Shown piece after piece: positions 1-11,716 of a DNA stretch of 64,000 nt. The position numbers were made by a program, and so were the translations under genes. The stretch lies in contig CP158636.1 in the NCBI GenBank assembly GCA_050273025.1, positions 7,130,001-7,194,000 on the forward strand, given 5' to 3'. The notes beneath the pieces were generated by a model, which was not told where the DNA came from, ran no database searches, and worked only from the letters and a program-made list of their open reading frames with translations. Each line of letters starts with the position of its first letter. The first letter of the stretch is position 1. This DNA comes from Cenococcum geophilum. Lineage: Eukaryota.

Positions 1-25
1 GTGTTGTCTATACCCTTAGTATACT

Positions 26-2353
26 TGTCGGGAATGAGGCAAGCGGTTGTTACGTGTCGTTACGTGTTGCCGCGGCACTAGCGTGGTAAGGAACCTTAAG
101 TTCCTTACCCACTCCCTGATTCTTAACAACAAGCTTTATTAACTAACATTACTGTAACCCTACTTAAGTAGTCGTTATTGGTGAGTCACCCTATATAACT
201 AATACTGATTAGTGGTTGAATATATAGTTAACTATAGAGCAGCTAGGTTTTTGAATAGAAAAGACAGTCTCGTATAGGGGTGCTATATACGCTTATATGG
301 AATGGATCCTAGCAATACTATACTACCTTAGACTTGCGGAAAACTAGTAATAAAAGTATTACTAAGTACTAGGAGATACTAAGTTGCGTCTATTATATAG
401 AACAATCACGTTTATAAAGATTTAGTTAAGTACTTTAGGTTAGAAGTGTTACTGAACCTAAGGTCCTAAGTTAATATCCGAAACGCGTTAAACAACATCT
501 TAAATTGCCTACCTTTGGATAGCAAACCTACGAGATCCTATAAAACCGAAAATCCTACCTACCTTTAATGTATAACACCTTATTAATTCTACCTACTATA
601 GCATTAACCTATCCAAAGAAGTATAAGAAAGATATTAACCCGGAGATATAGGATAGAGCTATAACTAACTTTATAACCGCTAAGTAATAGGACCTAAATG
701 GATTCTTAGTATACCATATAGAACACTATAAAGACAGCGAATATAATAATACTGTGCTATAGTATTACATAAAGGAGGACTTTATAGGATGGATAAAGGA
801 AATATAGGCTCTTGTGAAGAAGACTATTATATAAGACTTCCGTAACTTTTTTCGGGAGAACGGAGTCTTTGTCCCTATGGATGGAGGCATTATTAGAGAT
901 AATATTTAGGAGTATATTATTAACGTAAAAGAAGAACACAAATGGACTCTATAAGAGATTAAGCACTAAAAGAAGCTTAGCTTATAATGGAATCTATAAG
1001 AGATTAAGTACTAAAAGAAGCTTAACTTATGAGGGAATCTAAGTAATATACCACTAAAGACGCTTCCACCTTTATCTTTAGCTCTATATCTATTGCTTCT
1101 ACCTCCGTCTTTAGTTCCCTAGTATCCGCTAATTTAACTTGCAACTTTAACTATTACCCCTTAAGAGTAAGCGTAAGATCCCCTTACTTTACGATCCAAT
1201 AACCTTTAAACTCTGCTATAGTAAGATTAGGTACCATGCCCTGTTTTATTAAGCTCTACGTTCCTACCGTAGCCTTTACTTATAGAGCTTATAAAGCTCT
1301 ATTTGGACTAGGAGAAGAAGTTTTATAAGAAATTAGAATACGGTAGAGGGTACGATTAATATCGGCCACGAAGCACTTGTGGAGGTTCTCGTGGAGATCC
1401 TTATAGAGGTCCTCATGGAGGTCCTTGTGGGGATCCTCGTGGAGGTCCTTATAGAGGTCCTTGTGGATGTTCTTGTGGAGGTCCTTATAGAGGTCCTTGT
1501 GGAGGTTCTCGTGGAGATCTTTATAGAGGTCCTTATGGAGGTCCTCGTGGAGGTCCTTATAGAGGTCCTTGTGGAGGTCCTCGCGGAGGTCCTCGTAAAG
1601 GTCCTCGTGGAGGTCCTTGTGAAGGTCCTCGTGGAGGTCCTTGTGAAGGTCCTCGCAGAGGTTCTTATAGAGGTTCTCGTGGAGGTTCTCATAGAGGTCC
1701 TCGTGGAGGTTCTCATAGAGGTCCTCGTGGAGGTCCTCGTGGAGCATTAAGAACTGTTTAGGATTTAATGGATTAATAGCTAAGATAACCCGGCAGATGC
1801 GATGATAAAGGCAATTTAAGAGCATTCCTATTGGTTAACTGTTGTTCCTATTTGCTCAAGCTAGCCATATCCAGTTACGCTCTGCTAGCTCTATAACCCT
1901 ATTTTAATAACGCAGTTTCCTAGGGCGTGCTACCTACTAAATTCTGCCATATTCTGCCGACCCCGACGTCCGCTAATTAATTAGGATTTTCTATCCCTGG
2001 GATGGAAAATCGCTATTGGCTCGCTTACTACTAGCGCCTTAGCGGCCACCTTGTCTTTATATTAAACCCTAATATCCTTCCTTTTCTTCTTCTTCTTCTC
2101 CTTAGCTTTGTATCTTTATATATTAGCAATCTATAAGTGTATATAGATAGTAACCATAAAAGAAGAGTTGCTAGTGTTGGGAATAAGGCAAGCGGTCGTT
2201 ACGTGTTGTTACGTGTCGCCGCGGCACTAGCGTGGTAAGGAACCTTAAGTTCCTTACCTACCCCCTAATTCTTAATAACAAGCTTTATTAACCAACATTA
2301 CTGTAACCCTACTCGAGTAGTTGTTATTGGTGAGTTACCCTGTGTGACTAACA
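26..2353 (+). mobile_element. Non-autonomous, internally deleted Ty1/Copia LTR element (family C derivative, TRIM/LARD-like)
   Basis: 179-bp LTRs at 26-204 and 2175-2353 (TGT...A(C/T)A). 5-bp TSD ATACT at 21-25 and 2354-2358. Leader and gag 5' part match the element at 28786; pol is absent. PPT AAAAGAAGAGTTGCTAG precedes the 3' LTR. The flanks rejoin into the Gypsy sequence seen uninterrupted at ~14741-14800. Confidence 0.93.
1378..1746 (+). repeat. 12-bp tandem repeat (~30 copies, consensus CGTGGAGGTCCT); reads (RGGP)n in the gag frame
   Basis: Units are visible directly, with RIP variants TGTGGAGGTCCT and TATAGAGGTCCT. In frame with the preceding YGRGY codons (tac ggt aga ggg tac). Confidence 0.92.
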
Positions 2354-3197
2354 ATACTAAATCTTAAAATAGTATTCCGTAAGTATCTCTGCCTATCTAA
2401 CCTATCTCTAGTTAAATTCCTTTATTATTAGGAATCCCGTTAGGTTTTTATAATCCGTTTTAACTATAAATGGTTTCTCTATACTTTATAAGAATGCTCT
2501 TTATTTTTATAGTGCTATAACTATACCTAGTAACTCTTTGTTATAGATATTATAGTTTAGTTTTAGTGGTGTTATTTTCTAACTATAATATGCTACTAGG
2601 TGCTATCTATCTAGATACTTTTATATAAAATATACCCCTAGTATAAAGTCTAATATATCTACTCCTATAACCGTCTCTAGTCCTAGTTAATAGATTTTAA
2701 GAACTAGCTCTTAGGTAAATAACCTTTTAACTTCTCTAAATAGTTCTTATTATTCCTTTCCCTATATCTATAGTTCTTCTTTTTTTATTAACCACGTAAA
2801 TGGCTTAATATTTTTTAACTATTGCGCTATAAACCTTCTGCAGTAATTATAAAACCCTAGAAACGATCTTAACTATATAATGTTCTTTAGTTCCTACCAA
2901 TTCACTATAGCTTTAATCTTCTTTAGATCTATGCTAAGTTAGCCTAGTTTAATAATAAATCCTATAAAATTGGTTTTTCTGGTAAAGAACTTATATTTCT
3001 TAATTGCTACTAGCATCTATTCTTCCTATAGTCTCCTTAAGACCCATTTAACGTGTTCTCTATATTCTTCCTTATATATTAAGTAGATAATAATATCGTT
3101 AAGGTATACTATAACAAATTTATCTAAGTATTCTCTTAATATATTGTCAATACGCTTCTAGAACATTGCTGGTACATTTATAAGCCTAAATTGCATA

Positions 3198-3961
3198 CAG
3201 CCATTCTCAAAATATCGGTAAAAATCGCCAAGCCGCACGACGCGCATCGCCCCCTCCATCAAAACAATACACCCCCTTATAGTCCCACCAATATAGCTCC
3301 ATATTTTATTCAGAGAGGCCTATTTTATAGCTCAATTTTAGGGCTATAAAATAAGCCCTTATTTGTATAATTTAGAGCTGTTTTGGCGAAGTTATAGGGG
3401 GTGCTTATTTTTAGTTGGATTAGCCAGCGCAGAGCCTCAATTCAAGTTTTACAGCCACCCCCTATAGCCCCACCAATACAGCTCTGTGTTGGTAGAGCTA
3501 TAGGGGGTACACTGTTGTTTTGGAAATATCAAAAAAATCGCCAAACTGCAGCAGTATATCACCCTATATAATTCCACCAATATTAGTCCAATTTATATAT
3601 ATAGAGTCCCATTTTATAGCTCTATTCTAGGGCTATAAAATAGGTCTCTATTTATTAAATATAGAGCTGTATTGGTAGGCCCATAGGGGGTGGTTGTAAA
3701 ACTTGAACTGAGGCTCTGCGCTGACTAATCCGACCCCTCCATTCCTAGAAATAAGCACCCCCTATAACTTTACCAAAATAGCTCTAAATTATATAAATAA
3801 GGGCTTATTTTATAGCGCTAGAATAGAGCTATAAAATTGACCTCTATTTATAAAATATAGAGCCATATTGGTAGGACTATAAGGGGGTGTATTGTTTTGA
3901 TGGAGGGGGCGATGCGCGTCGTGCGGCTTGGCGATTTTTACCGATATTTTGAGAATGGCTG
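3198..3961. mobile_element. MITE / foldback non-autonomous Tc1-mariner-type DNA transposon, 764 bp
   Basis: TA TSD (3196-3197, 3962-3963). The empty site in copy 2 (~15596-15611) has a single TA. The outer 88 bp of the TIRs (CAGCCATTCTCAAAATATCGG...) are identical; imperfect inverted arms extend ~290 bp. No ORF. Confidence 0.95.
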
Positions 3962-6900
3962 TAACTAATGGTTTATATAGTCCTTTCTTTAACCTAAAGG
4001 CTGCCTTTTATTCGTTGCCTTCCTTAATCCTAATCTAATGGTATACCTACCTTAGGTCTATCTTCGTGAAGATTTATATATTACTTATCCTGTCTTAGAT
4101 TTTGCTAATTAAGGGTAAAGGATATCTATCCTTTTTAGTAATGCTATTTAACTGCCTATAGTTAATATATAGCCTTAGTTTGCTATTCTTCTTTAGTACA
4201 AACAGTACTAGATAACCCGCTAATGACTGCGATAGTCTAATATATCCCTTTTGTAGGTTTTTTTTAGATAAACTCTTTTAGTGCTCTACCTTTCTCTTTA
4301 GTAAGCTTATAAATTAAAAAGAACCTTAGACTTATTCCTAGTTCTAATTCTATTTTATAGTCCTATACTATATAATCTAATAGCTTTTCACTTTTTAGTA
4401 ACTATAGTTTCTTGCTATACTTATAGTATCTTTTTGGTATATAGCTTAATCCTTTCTCTATTTCTTTATAGGTTGCCCCTACTTAGTACTATACTAACTT
4501 AGCTTATTATCGCATCTTATATTATTAAGTATCTTTAATATTAACTTAACCTGTAACCTAATTAATCTTTGGATTATATTTCTATAACTAAGGCATTCCT
4601 AATACTGCCTTATTATTCCCTAATAGTAATATATTAAAAAACATCTTAACTTATCTCCCTTTAATGGTTAACTAAATAGGTCCTGTTTTAAGATTAATAA
4701 TGCCTCCTCTATAGACTATTAGATCTCCTAAAATTATCACTAATAGGTAAGAGTGCTCCTTTTTCCTATATGGTAATCCTATTCTTTTAGCGAGATGTGG
4801 TTCCTCATTGCTCTACTATCTATTAATGCCTTAAACTGCTAATCTTACCACTTAACTTATAAATTTAGGTGTTAACCTTAAATTCCTTTAAGGGTCTAAG
4901 GCTCTATTACTAGTTCCCTCTAGTTTTATAGGCCTCTACTTTTCCTAATTATTGGCTACTTAATCCTACTTATACTTAGTCTACTTTTAGCTAATACTTA
5001 GTTCGCTTTTTGTCTTTAATATACTATAGATAGGTGTTTTCTAAATATTCCTACCACTATTATCTATCTAGGTATTCTTCTATAAGGAATCTTCCTAGTT
5101 AAAGCGTTAAGTCCCCTTATCTTTAAACTTCTACTAGGTGCTAACCATATATATACTTAGCATTTTAATATTTTGCCTTATCCGGTACCCAATATATTCT
5201 TACTAAGTATTTATAATTCTTATCCTTAGGTGTTCTATATATATTATATACATTATTTACGTACGCAATCTATGCTAATATATAGTATGCTTAGTGTCTT
5301 AGGTTAACTCTTAGCTTATTTTTATCCTTAAGTTTAAACCTTTCTTATATTAATCTAAGCGTTATAACTTCGTTTATAGGTACTAAGATTTACCTCTCAC
5401 TTCTTTAGTCCTCTAATTGCTCCTTTAGATCTTTTAACGTTATAATTAAGGCTCCTTTAATATAAGTTATAGCCTTCTCTATAATCGGGTGGTTTTAAAT
5501 AACTTTTTTATCCAACTATATATAGAAATCTTTCTACTTATTATTGTGTCGTTACTTATACCACTTTTAGTACAGTCCTTTAAGTATATACGGCTCATCC
5601 GTAAGAAAGTATCTCTTTATTACTATATTATGATAGCCCTTTATATATCGTTCTTTAAATCTAATTAGAATCCCTAGATTCTCTTCTTCTTCCAGTTTAG
5701 TAAGCTATTTAGCTCTTAATATACCTACTCTAAGCCTATTAATAATTTTTTATATAGGTGCTCTGTTTCTTATATAACTTAGTATACTAGATCTTATATT
5801 TAGTTTCTGCTCTTACTATAAGGTAATTCTTGCTCTAAATTCCTCTATGGTTTCTTTCCTTTTATATCTTATAAGTGGATCCTTAAAGTTCTCTTACTTC
5901 TTAATTATAGTATTAAACTTTTAATTTTTAAGCTAAACACCTTATTTACTTAGTAAGTCTTCTAAGTCTATATATCTGTCTCTTAGCTTAACTACTATTT
6001 ATATTACAGATTCCTTAATCTATAAAAAAGCCTCTTACCTCTTACCTATAGGTGTTTATATTTATACTCCGAATTTCTAGTCCCTTAGATTCTTTAATTC
6101 TAAGCTTACTTCTATCTTAAGCTATACTCTAGCCTTAGTCTAACTAGGCTTTACTAGTGTTCTTATATTATCTTAAAAGTCTTAAATTTTACTTATCTTG
6201 TCTTAAGAATCTTATACTTATAGGAAACTCTGTCCTGAGCTTATTTATATATCTTTAAACTAAGCTACCGCCCTACTCTATTAGTTTTCATCTATTATAG
6301 GTCCTTAGGTGTGCCTTATCTCGTCTTAAAAATCTTAGTTATCTCTTATCTTATTATAAGAATCTTAAGCCTTTGGCCTTTTACCTTTATTAAGTGGTAA
6401 GCTAGTACTAGTAGTTGTCTACTTGCTTAATCTTCTTTAGATATTACTCCTTCCGTCTTATAAAGCGATGGATGCCGTATCTAATAGTATTATAATGCTC
6501 GTTACTAAATCTTGCTTTATAGCGGTCTTAGTCTCTACTTCTATTATAACTTCTCTAAGGTTTGCATACTCCTAGTAAGCTGCCTTTATTGCCTTATTAT
6601 CTGTAAATATTTCGCCTACGTTAAACTTATCGTCTTTAATATCCAATCTGCGTGATAGTTCGTTAGTTCCTCTATACTTTATAGATTTTAGCTCCTATAG
6701 CTAATAGCTTACACTACACTTAGCGTCTTTATAAATTTAGTATGCGTTATTATAACAAAACGTAAAACTTTTAATTAAATATTCTTTTGTTCCTTATAGT
6801 ATACTATTATCCCTCTATATATATATATCTTCTACTAATCTAGTTCCCTTTATTATATAATAACTCCAACTATTTTTATAATCCCTTATAAAATAACCTT

Positions 6901-7599
6901 ATTTCCTATAATTTATATAAGCTCTATCTTTAAACTATTAACTTTGCTATAGAGTCTGCCTAAACGTCTTCTACTAATAAGATCCCTAGTTTAGCCTCTG
7001 CTTCTTAGTCTTATAATTACTAAATCCTTAACCTTTAGGTTTCTATAGTTTCTTACTCTATCTCTTATAGGTTTCTTTAGTACTACTTAGGTCTATTAGC
7101 TCTACGCTATATTATAGTTTTTAACTTAGCTTTAGTTATTACGTACTTTACGTCTTATATAACTATAGAACTCTATCCTAGCCTCTCTTAGCCTGTTCTC
7201 TTTAGTAGATCCGATTATTAATCTTAATTACTTAATCTATTAAATCCCTTAGAGTGTTCACATCTTTTATTAGAATAATTACGTCCTAGACTTTAGCCTT
7301 AAGTCCCTATTTATACTATATCATAAGCGCCTTATTATTCTACTTAACTTATATAGCTAACGTTTAGAACTATATTATATACTTAATTACTAAGGTTCGT
7401 TATATAATGTCTTAGAGTTTTCTTTCCGCTATAATTACTGCCTCTAGGTCTCTAAATATTTATGTAAGTTACTCTATAAACCCTTTCTAGCTTAAGAACA
7501 TAAACTATACCTCTTAGTTAGTAGTCGTTATTCTATTCGCCTGTATTTCTATAAAGTAAGGCTTAAACTATTTAAATGCCCTTTTTAATAGGAATAGTC

Positions 7600-8929
7600 G
7601 TCGTCTCCCCCTTCGCTCCTCCGTCGTCGTCGCTATGGCGTCGCCGGCTATATAGCCCCTAAAGACACGTCACCAGACGCCAAATACCAGACGCATCACA
7701 AACTCTACTACAACCAGTCTACAGCCATCACGCTGCAGACGATCTCTACCATAACCAGTCTGCAGCCATCAAGCTGCAGACGACCTCCGCAACTTGTCTA
7801 CAGCCATCGAGCTGCAGACGACCTCTACCATCACCTGTCTACAGCCATCGAGCCGCAGACGACCTCCACCATCACCTGTCTACAGCCATCGAGCTGCAGA
7901 CGACCTCCACCATCACCTGTCTACAGCCATCGAGCTGCAGACGACCTCCACCGCAACCTGTCTACGGCCATCGCGCTGCAGACGACCTCTACCGCAACCT
8001 GTCTACAACCATCGCGCTGCGGACGACCTCTACCGCAACCTGTCTACGGCCATCAAGCTGCAGACGACCTCTACCACAACCTGTTTACGGCTATCGAGCT
8101 ACAGACGACCTCTACCACAACCTATCTACAGCCGTCGCGCTGCAGACAACCTCCGTAACCTGTCTATGGCTATCGCGCTACGGACAACCTCTACTACAAC
8201 CGCCACTACTACCGCTACAATATACCATACAACACCGCACTATAGGCGTACCGCAGATGCGCAGATAGGGTAGCTATAGTAAGGGGGGAAGGGGGCCGGC
8301 CTGTGTTACTTTAGCACGTAAAATATAAGGTATATAGGCGAATTGGTGTTTATAACCTATATAAGATAACCTTGTGAAAATTTTTCCTTCTAGGGTGGGT
8401 TTATGTAGTAAGGTTTGCCCTTATAAAATACCCGTTTTCTAGAACGTAAATCTAGGATTAATAGCCTACTTTTGGGGAGAGTAGCTATTAATTACTAATT
8501 CCCTATCTATTCCTAAGCAAGGAGAAGAAATAGGTTATATTACCGAAAAAAGTTGTATAGGAATAACTGGTAGTTATCTCCAAGCTGGCAAACTATATAA
8601 AGCCCTTTGTTTTTATATGCAAAAATGTTACTAAATCTATCTTTTAGAGCGCTTTTTTTACTCTAGGAACGGCAGAATACGGCAGAAATAGATAAAAAAG
8701 CTAGGATTTCTTTATTTCCTTGGTGCAAACTAAATATTAGAGAGCAAAATACTAGGATAAAACTCCCCTAGCATCTAAAACGGGCCAGAGTGTCCGCTTA
8801 GTTACTAGTATATGTTAAGCTGCCCTAAGGGATTTATATATATAGGACTATAGCGCCATAGCCTAGAGGCTGCATACGCAGTATTGTACGTAGTATAATA
8901 CAATGGATAAAAAAAAAAATAAAAAAAAA
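7600..8929 (+). mobile_element. Non-autonomous non-LTR (SINE-like) retroelement with LINE-derived 3' tail and poly(A)
   Basis: ~9-bp TSD GGAATAGTC (7591-7599) / GAAATAGTT (8930-8938). Empty site at ~26841-26860. A-rich tail 8909-8929. 8801-8908 matches the LINE 3' end at 58345-58453. Confidence 0.88.
7717..8200 (+). repeat. Tandem array of 12 units of 41 bp, each containing a 9-bp inverted repeat
   Basis: Unit starts at 7717, 7758, 7796, 7837, 7878, 7919, 7960, 8001, 8042, 8083, 8124, 8162. Consensus GTCTRCAGC-CATCGA-GCTGCAGAC-GACCTCYACCRYMACCT; two spacings are 38 bp. Confidence 0.93.
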
Positions 8930-9305
8930 GAAATAGTTCTATATAAGCTATTCGATCTATAGGTATTAGTAGTTTTACTCCTTATATAATTTTAAAGTGC
9001 ATTTACGTAAGGAATCCTTTAAGCTTTAATCTCTCCCCTAAAAATCTCTTAATTAAAGGTAACTTAATCTTCGCTACTCCTATTCTATTAATCCTTTATT
9101 TAAGTATCGCATTATTCTCTATTAACTAGTTAACTATTTCTTATAACTGTTTAACCGTTATAGGTTGTTGTAAGTTAGTATCTACTATACTAGTGTTACC
9201 TCCTAACCTTAAAGTAGTTGCCGCCGTTAATGGCGTTATAGTGGCTGCTTTTGGTGGCATATTATTCAACTCCCTATATTTAATACTATAATTAGGTAGT
9301 AATTA

Positions 9306-9728
9306 TGTAACGGAACTTTATAGTAGGTACTATAATAGGCTTATTAATAGGCTAGGTATATAGGTGATGTAAATTAAAGTTAACAACGTAATAATAACTA
9401 GTGGAGTAGTTGCCTAATAAATTAACTTTAATTATATTCTAAGAATTACTATAAGGAAGGAACTATCTAGGTAGGGACTAAGGGTCCTTAAATACATAAC
9501 TATACTCCTAAGAAAGTTGTTACTCTGTCTACTCTACCTACTCTATTCGCTCTATTATAGATCTTATAGATTATATAGATTACACAGATTATATTATATA
9601 ACTCTGCTTATTATTCCTCATTATATGGTTCTACCGGCTTTATCCTAGACCGTGCTTATATTAACTAACTAGCTTCTTCTAACTTCTCTCTAAGTAGTCG
9701 TAATATTGTACTTAAAGCGTCTATAATA
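9306..9728 (-). repeat. 5' LTR of Gypsy A copy 1 (~423 bp)
   Basis: TGTAACGG...CTATAATA termini. Homologous to 12069-12489, 27223-27645 and, inverted, to 10044-10465 and 16083-16505. Confidence 0.9.
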
Positions 9729-10465
9729 AATATCGCAAAATAACCGAATATTTGCTTTAGTATACTCTAAATAAAAAGAGGGTTATTAAGAGGATGGGTT
9801 CGCCATTATAATATATACTAACTCTACCTTAGAGTAATAAGAATATAGAGAGGGTATAATCTTACTAAGCGATAATATAGCAGCAATAGTGCGAGTATAA
9901 TATTGCGCTTATAAAAAAAAAGATACTTTAGGTATAATAAGTAATAATATTAACTAAATTAATTAAACGGATATTATACCTCTAGTAAACGACTTAGAGA
10001 TGCTAGGTATTTTTAAGGATAAAGATAAAGAGGAGGGAGATAGTGTTACGGACGCGTTAAATATAATATTATAACTACTAAGAGAGGAGTTAGAATAAGC
10101 TAGTTGGTTAATATAGATACGGTCTAGGATAGAACCGGTAGAACTATATAATAAGGAATAGTAAACGAGTTATATAATATTGTACGTAGTATACGCGGTA
10201 TACGTATTATATAGTTACGTATAATATATATAACACGTATATTATATATAAGAAGGATTTTATAGGAGTACGGTTATATATTTAAGGACCCTTAATCCCT
10301 ACCTAGATAGTTCCTTCTTTGTAGTAATTCTTAGAATATAATTAGAGTTAATCTATTAGGTAACTACTCCACTAGTTATTATCTCGTTGTTAATTTACTT
10401 GCAATACCTATATACCTAGCCCATTAACAAGTCTACCGTAGCTCCTACTATAAGGCTTTATTACA
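9729..10465 (+). mobile_element. 3' end (3' UTR, PPT, 3' LTR 10044-10465) of a family-A-related Gypsy element that hosts copy 1
   Basis: 9729-10043 is the reverse-complement homologue of ~12490-12810. PPT AGGAGGGAGATAG abuts TGTTACGG at 10044; LTR ends TTACA at 10465. Confidence 0.85.
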
Positions 10466-10880
10466 CTCTTAAGCTCTCTAGCAATCCTCTTAAGTCCCTA
10501 CAGCCGTATATAGCTATTAATTCTTCGAATCTAATGCTTGTTCATTTAGCGTTTGTATATAATACTTTGTTATTATAACATAAATAGGCTACCAGAGAGG
10601 CTAAAACTAGTAGGAAGTGTTAGCGAGGACAGCAAATTATAAATACGCTTAAAAAGATAGTAAAGTAAGTAACTAGAGAAATAAGAGCTACTAGACACTT
10701 AATTACGTAGAAGTCTCCTTAAGAGAAGGCTTCTATAGAGTTTATTAGCGAGTTTAGTTACCTAGATTTAACGCAGCAACTAGTTATCCTGCGAGTATTT
10801 AAGACTAAGTTAACTACTAGATTATTTCTTATAATAGCTAAAATAGGAGAGCTTTAGTAAAGCTTAATTAATAATATTCT
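10466..10880 (+). pseudogene. Possible C-terminal remnant of the Harbinger second (Myb/SANT-type) ORF
   Basis: Degenerate + strand frame (..ASIEFISEFSYLDLTQQLVILRVF..LFL..) converging on the transposase end. The assignment rests on position and weak resemblance. Confidence 0.35.
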
Positions 10881-11099
10881 TACTAGTAGAGGGGAGGCCA
10901 ATTAGAAAGGTAAGCTTAAGATAAAATTTAAGCTTAATTTTAGATAAGATCTAGGTAAGATCTAGATAAGATTTTAGTTATTCTTTAGCACTTTATTATA
11001 TAGGCTATTAAGGAGTAATATAAAAAGGGAAATTTTATAGATTTTTATTATAAATATAGTAAATATAATATAGATCTCTATATAATTAGCCTACTAATT

Positions 11100-11716
11100 A
11101 CTTAGTAATAACTCTCCTATATAAGCCATGCGATTATATTACGCCTTTAATTTATACCTACATTACTCTCCTTATCTATAAGCCTCCTGTCTTCCTTATT
11201 TATCTCTTTATCCTCTATTATTGGAAAGCTATTTAAGTTATCCGGATTATATATATTAATAAAGTTATAAACTACTATTAAAGTGTGTAACCGACTACCG
11301 ACACTATATTGAGATCGTCACCTGGAGGGCTCCAAGACAGCCACCCTATATATTGACTTGCAGATCAATATTGCTTACAGATCACCGTTCCCGTTTCAGC
11401 TATCTATTACCCCATTATTTCTACCCTCTTCGTGTATATATATAGAGCCTCTAGAGCTACATTTACAATCAAGTCGTTTATGCATTTCCACACTCTGCAA
11501 AGCTTACAAAGTGTATACTACCTTAATCTATATTCTTAAAGGCATATTACGCCTATTAGCTTTAAAGAATCTAAACTAATTTCTAAAAACACCTATTATA
11601 CGCTCCACTATATACTAAAGATTAAAGAGCTTCTTTACATTCTAAGGCTTTATATTTACCTATGCCTATTTATAAAGATAATATCGCATACTATAATGGG
11701 GAGTAAGCGTTATAGG
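11100..11716 (-). pseudogene. Harbinger transposase C-terminal part (RIP-mutated; interrupted by solo LTR 11286-11508)
   Basis: De-RIP translation: LTP..GVRYHL.EW....KPQN.KELFNLRH..VER..GVF...F ... YAL.AVHNFI ... RRD.IA.LMWESY. Confidence 0.85.
11286..11508. mobile_element. Solo LTR, 223 bp, little affected by RIP
   Basis: TGTAA...TTACA termini. TSD AAGTG at 11281-11285 and 11509-11513. Retains many CpA/TpG. Confidence 0.92.

Larger units (their letters stand above)
1..9728 (-). mobile_element. Ty3/Gypsy element family A, copy 1 (RIP-inactivated; 3' part lies left of the window)
   Basis: Minus-strand remnants of RNase H and RT (YLDD-like at ~3090-3110; PLVMQFGL-like around 3180-3975), protease ~4800-4840, gag start ATG at 9260 (MPPKAAT). 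5' LTR at 9306-9728. Colinear with copy 2 (12069-27645). Confidence 0.9.

Noticed and set aside
1289..1825. Three overlapping ORFs (HEDL-, TRTS- and VEVL-repeat proteins)
   Set aside because: They are stop-free by-products of the 12-bp repeat. The frame homologous to gag is the RGGP frame.
7600..7720. Ribozyme or tRNA head at the 5' end of the first SINE-like element
   Set aside because: I could not build an HDV fold, a hammerhead core (CUGANGA/GAAA) or A/B boxes by eye.
7717..8200. CRISPR array
   Set aside because: The units are palindromic, but the 17-nt linkers are near-identical rather than unique spacers, there are no cas genes, and the context is a eukaryotic TE.
7794..8273. 159-aa ORF
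   Set aside because: It starts at TTG and cycles through the three frames of a 41-bp repeat; no domain is recognisable.
11358..11579. Small ORFs overlapping LTRs (also 43093-43278, 48408-48596, 53986-54252, 61909-62166)
   Set aside because: They are chance frames in less-mutated LTR DNA, often crossing element boundaries.
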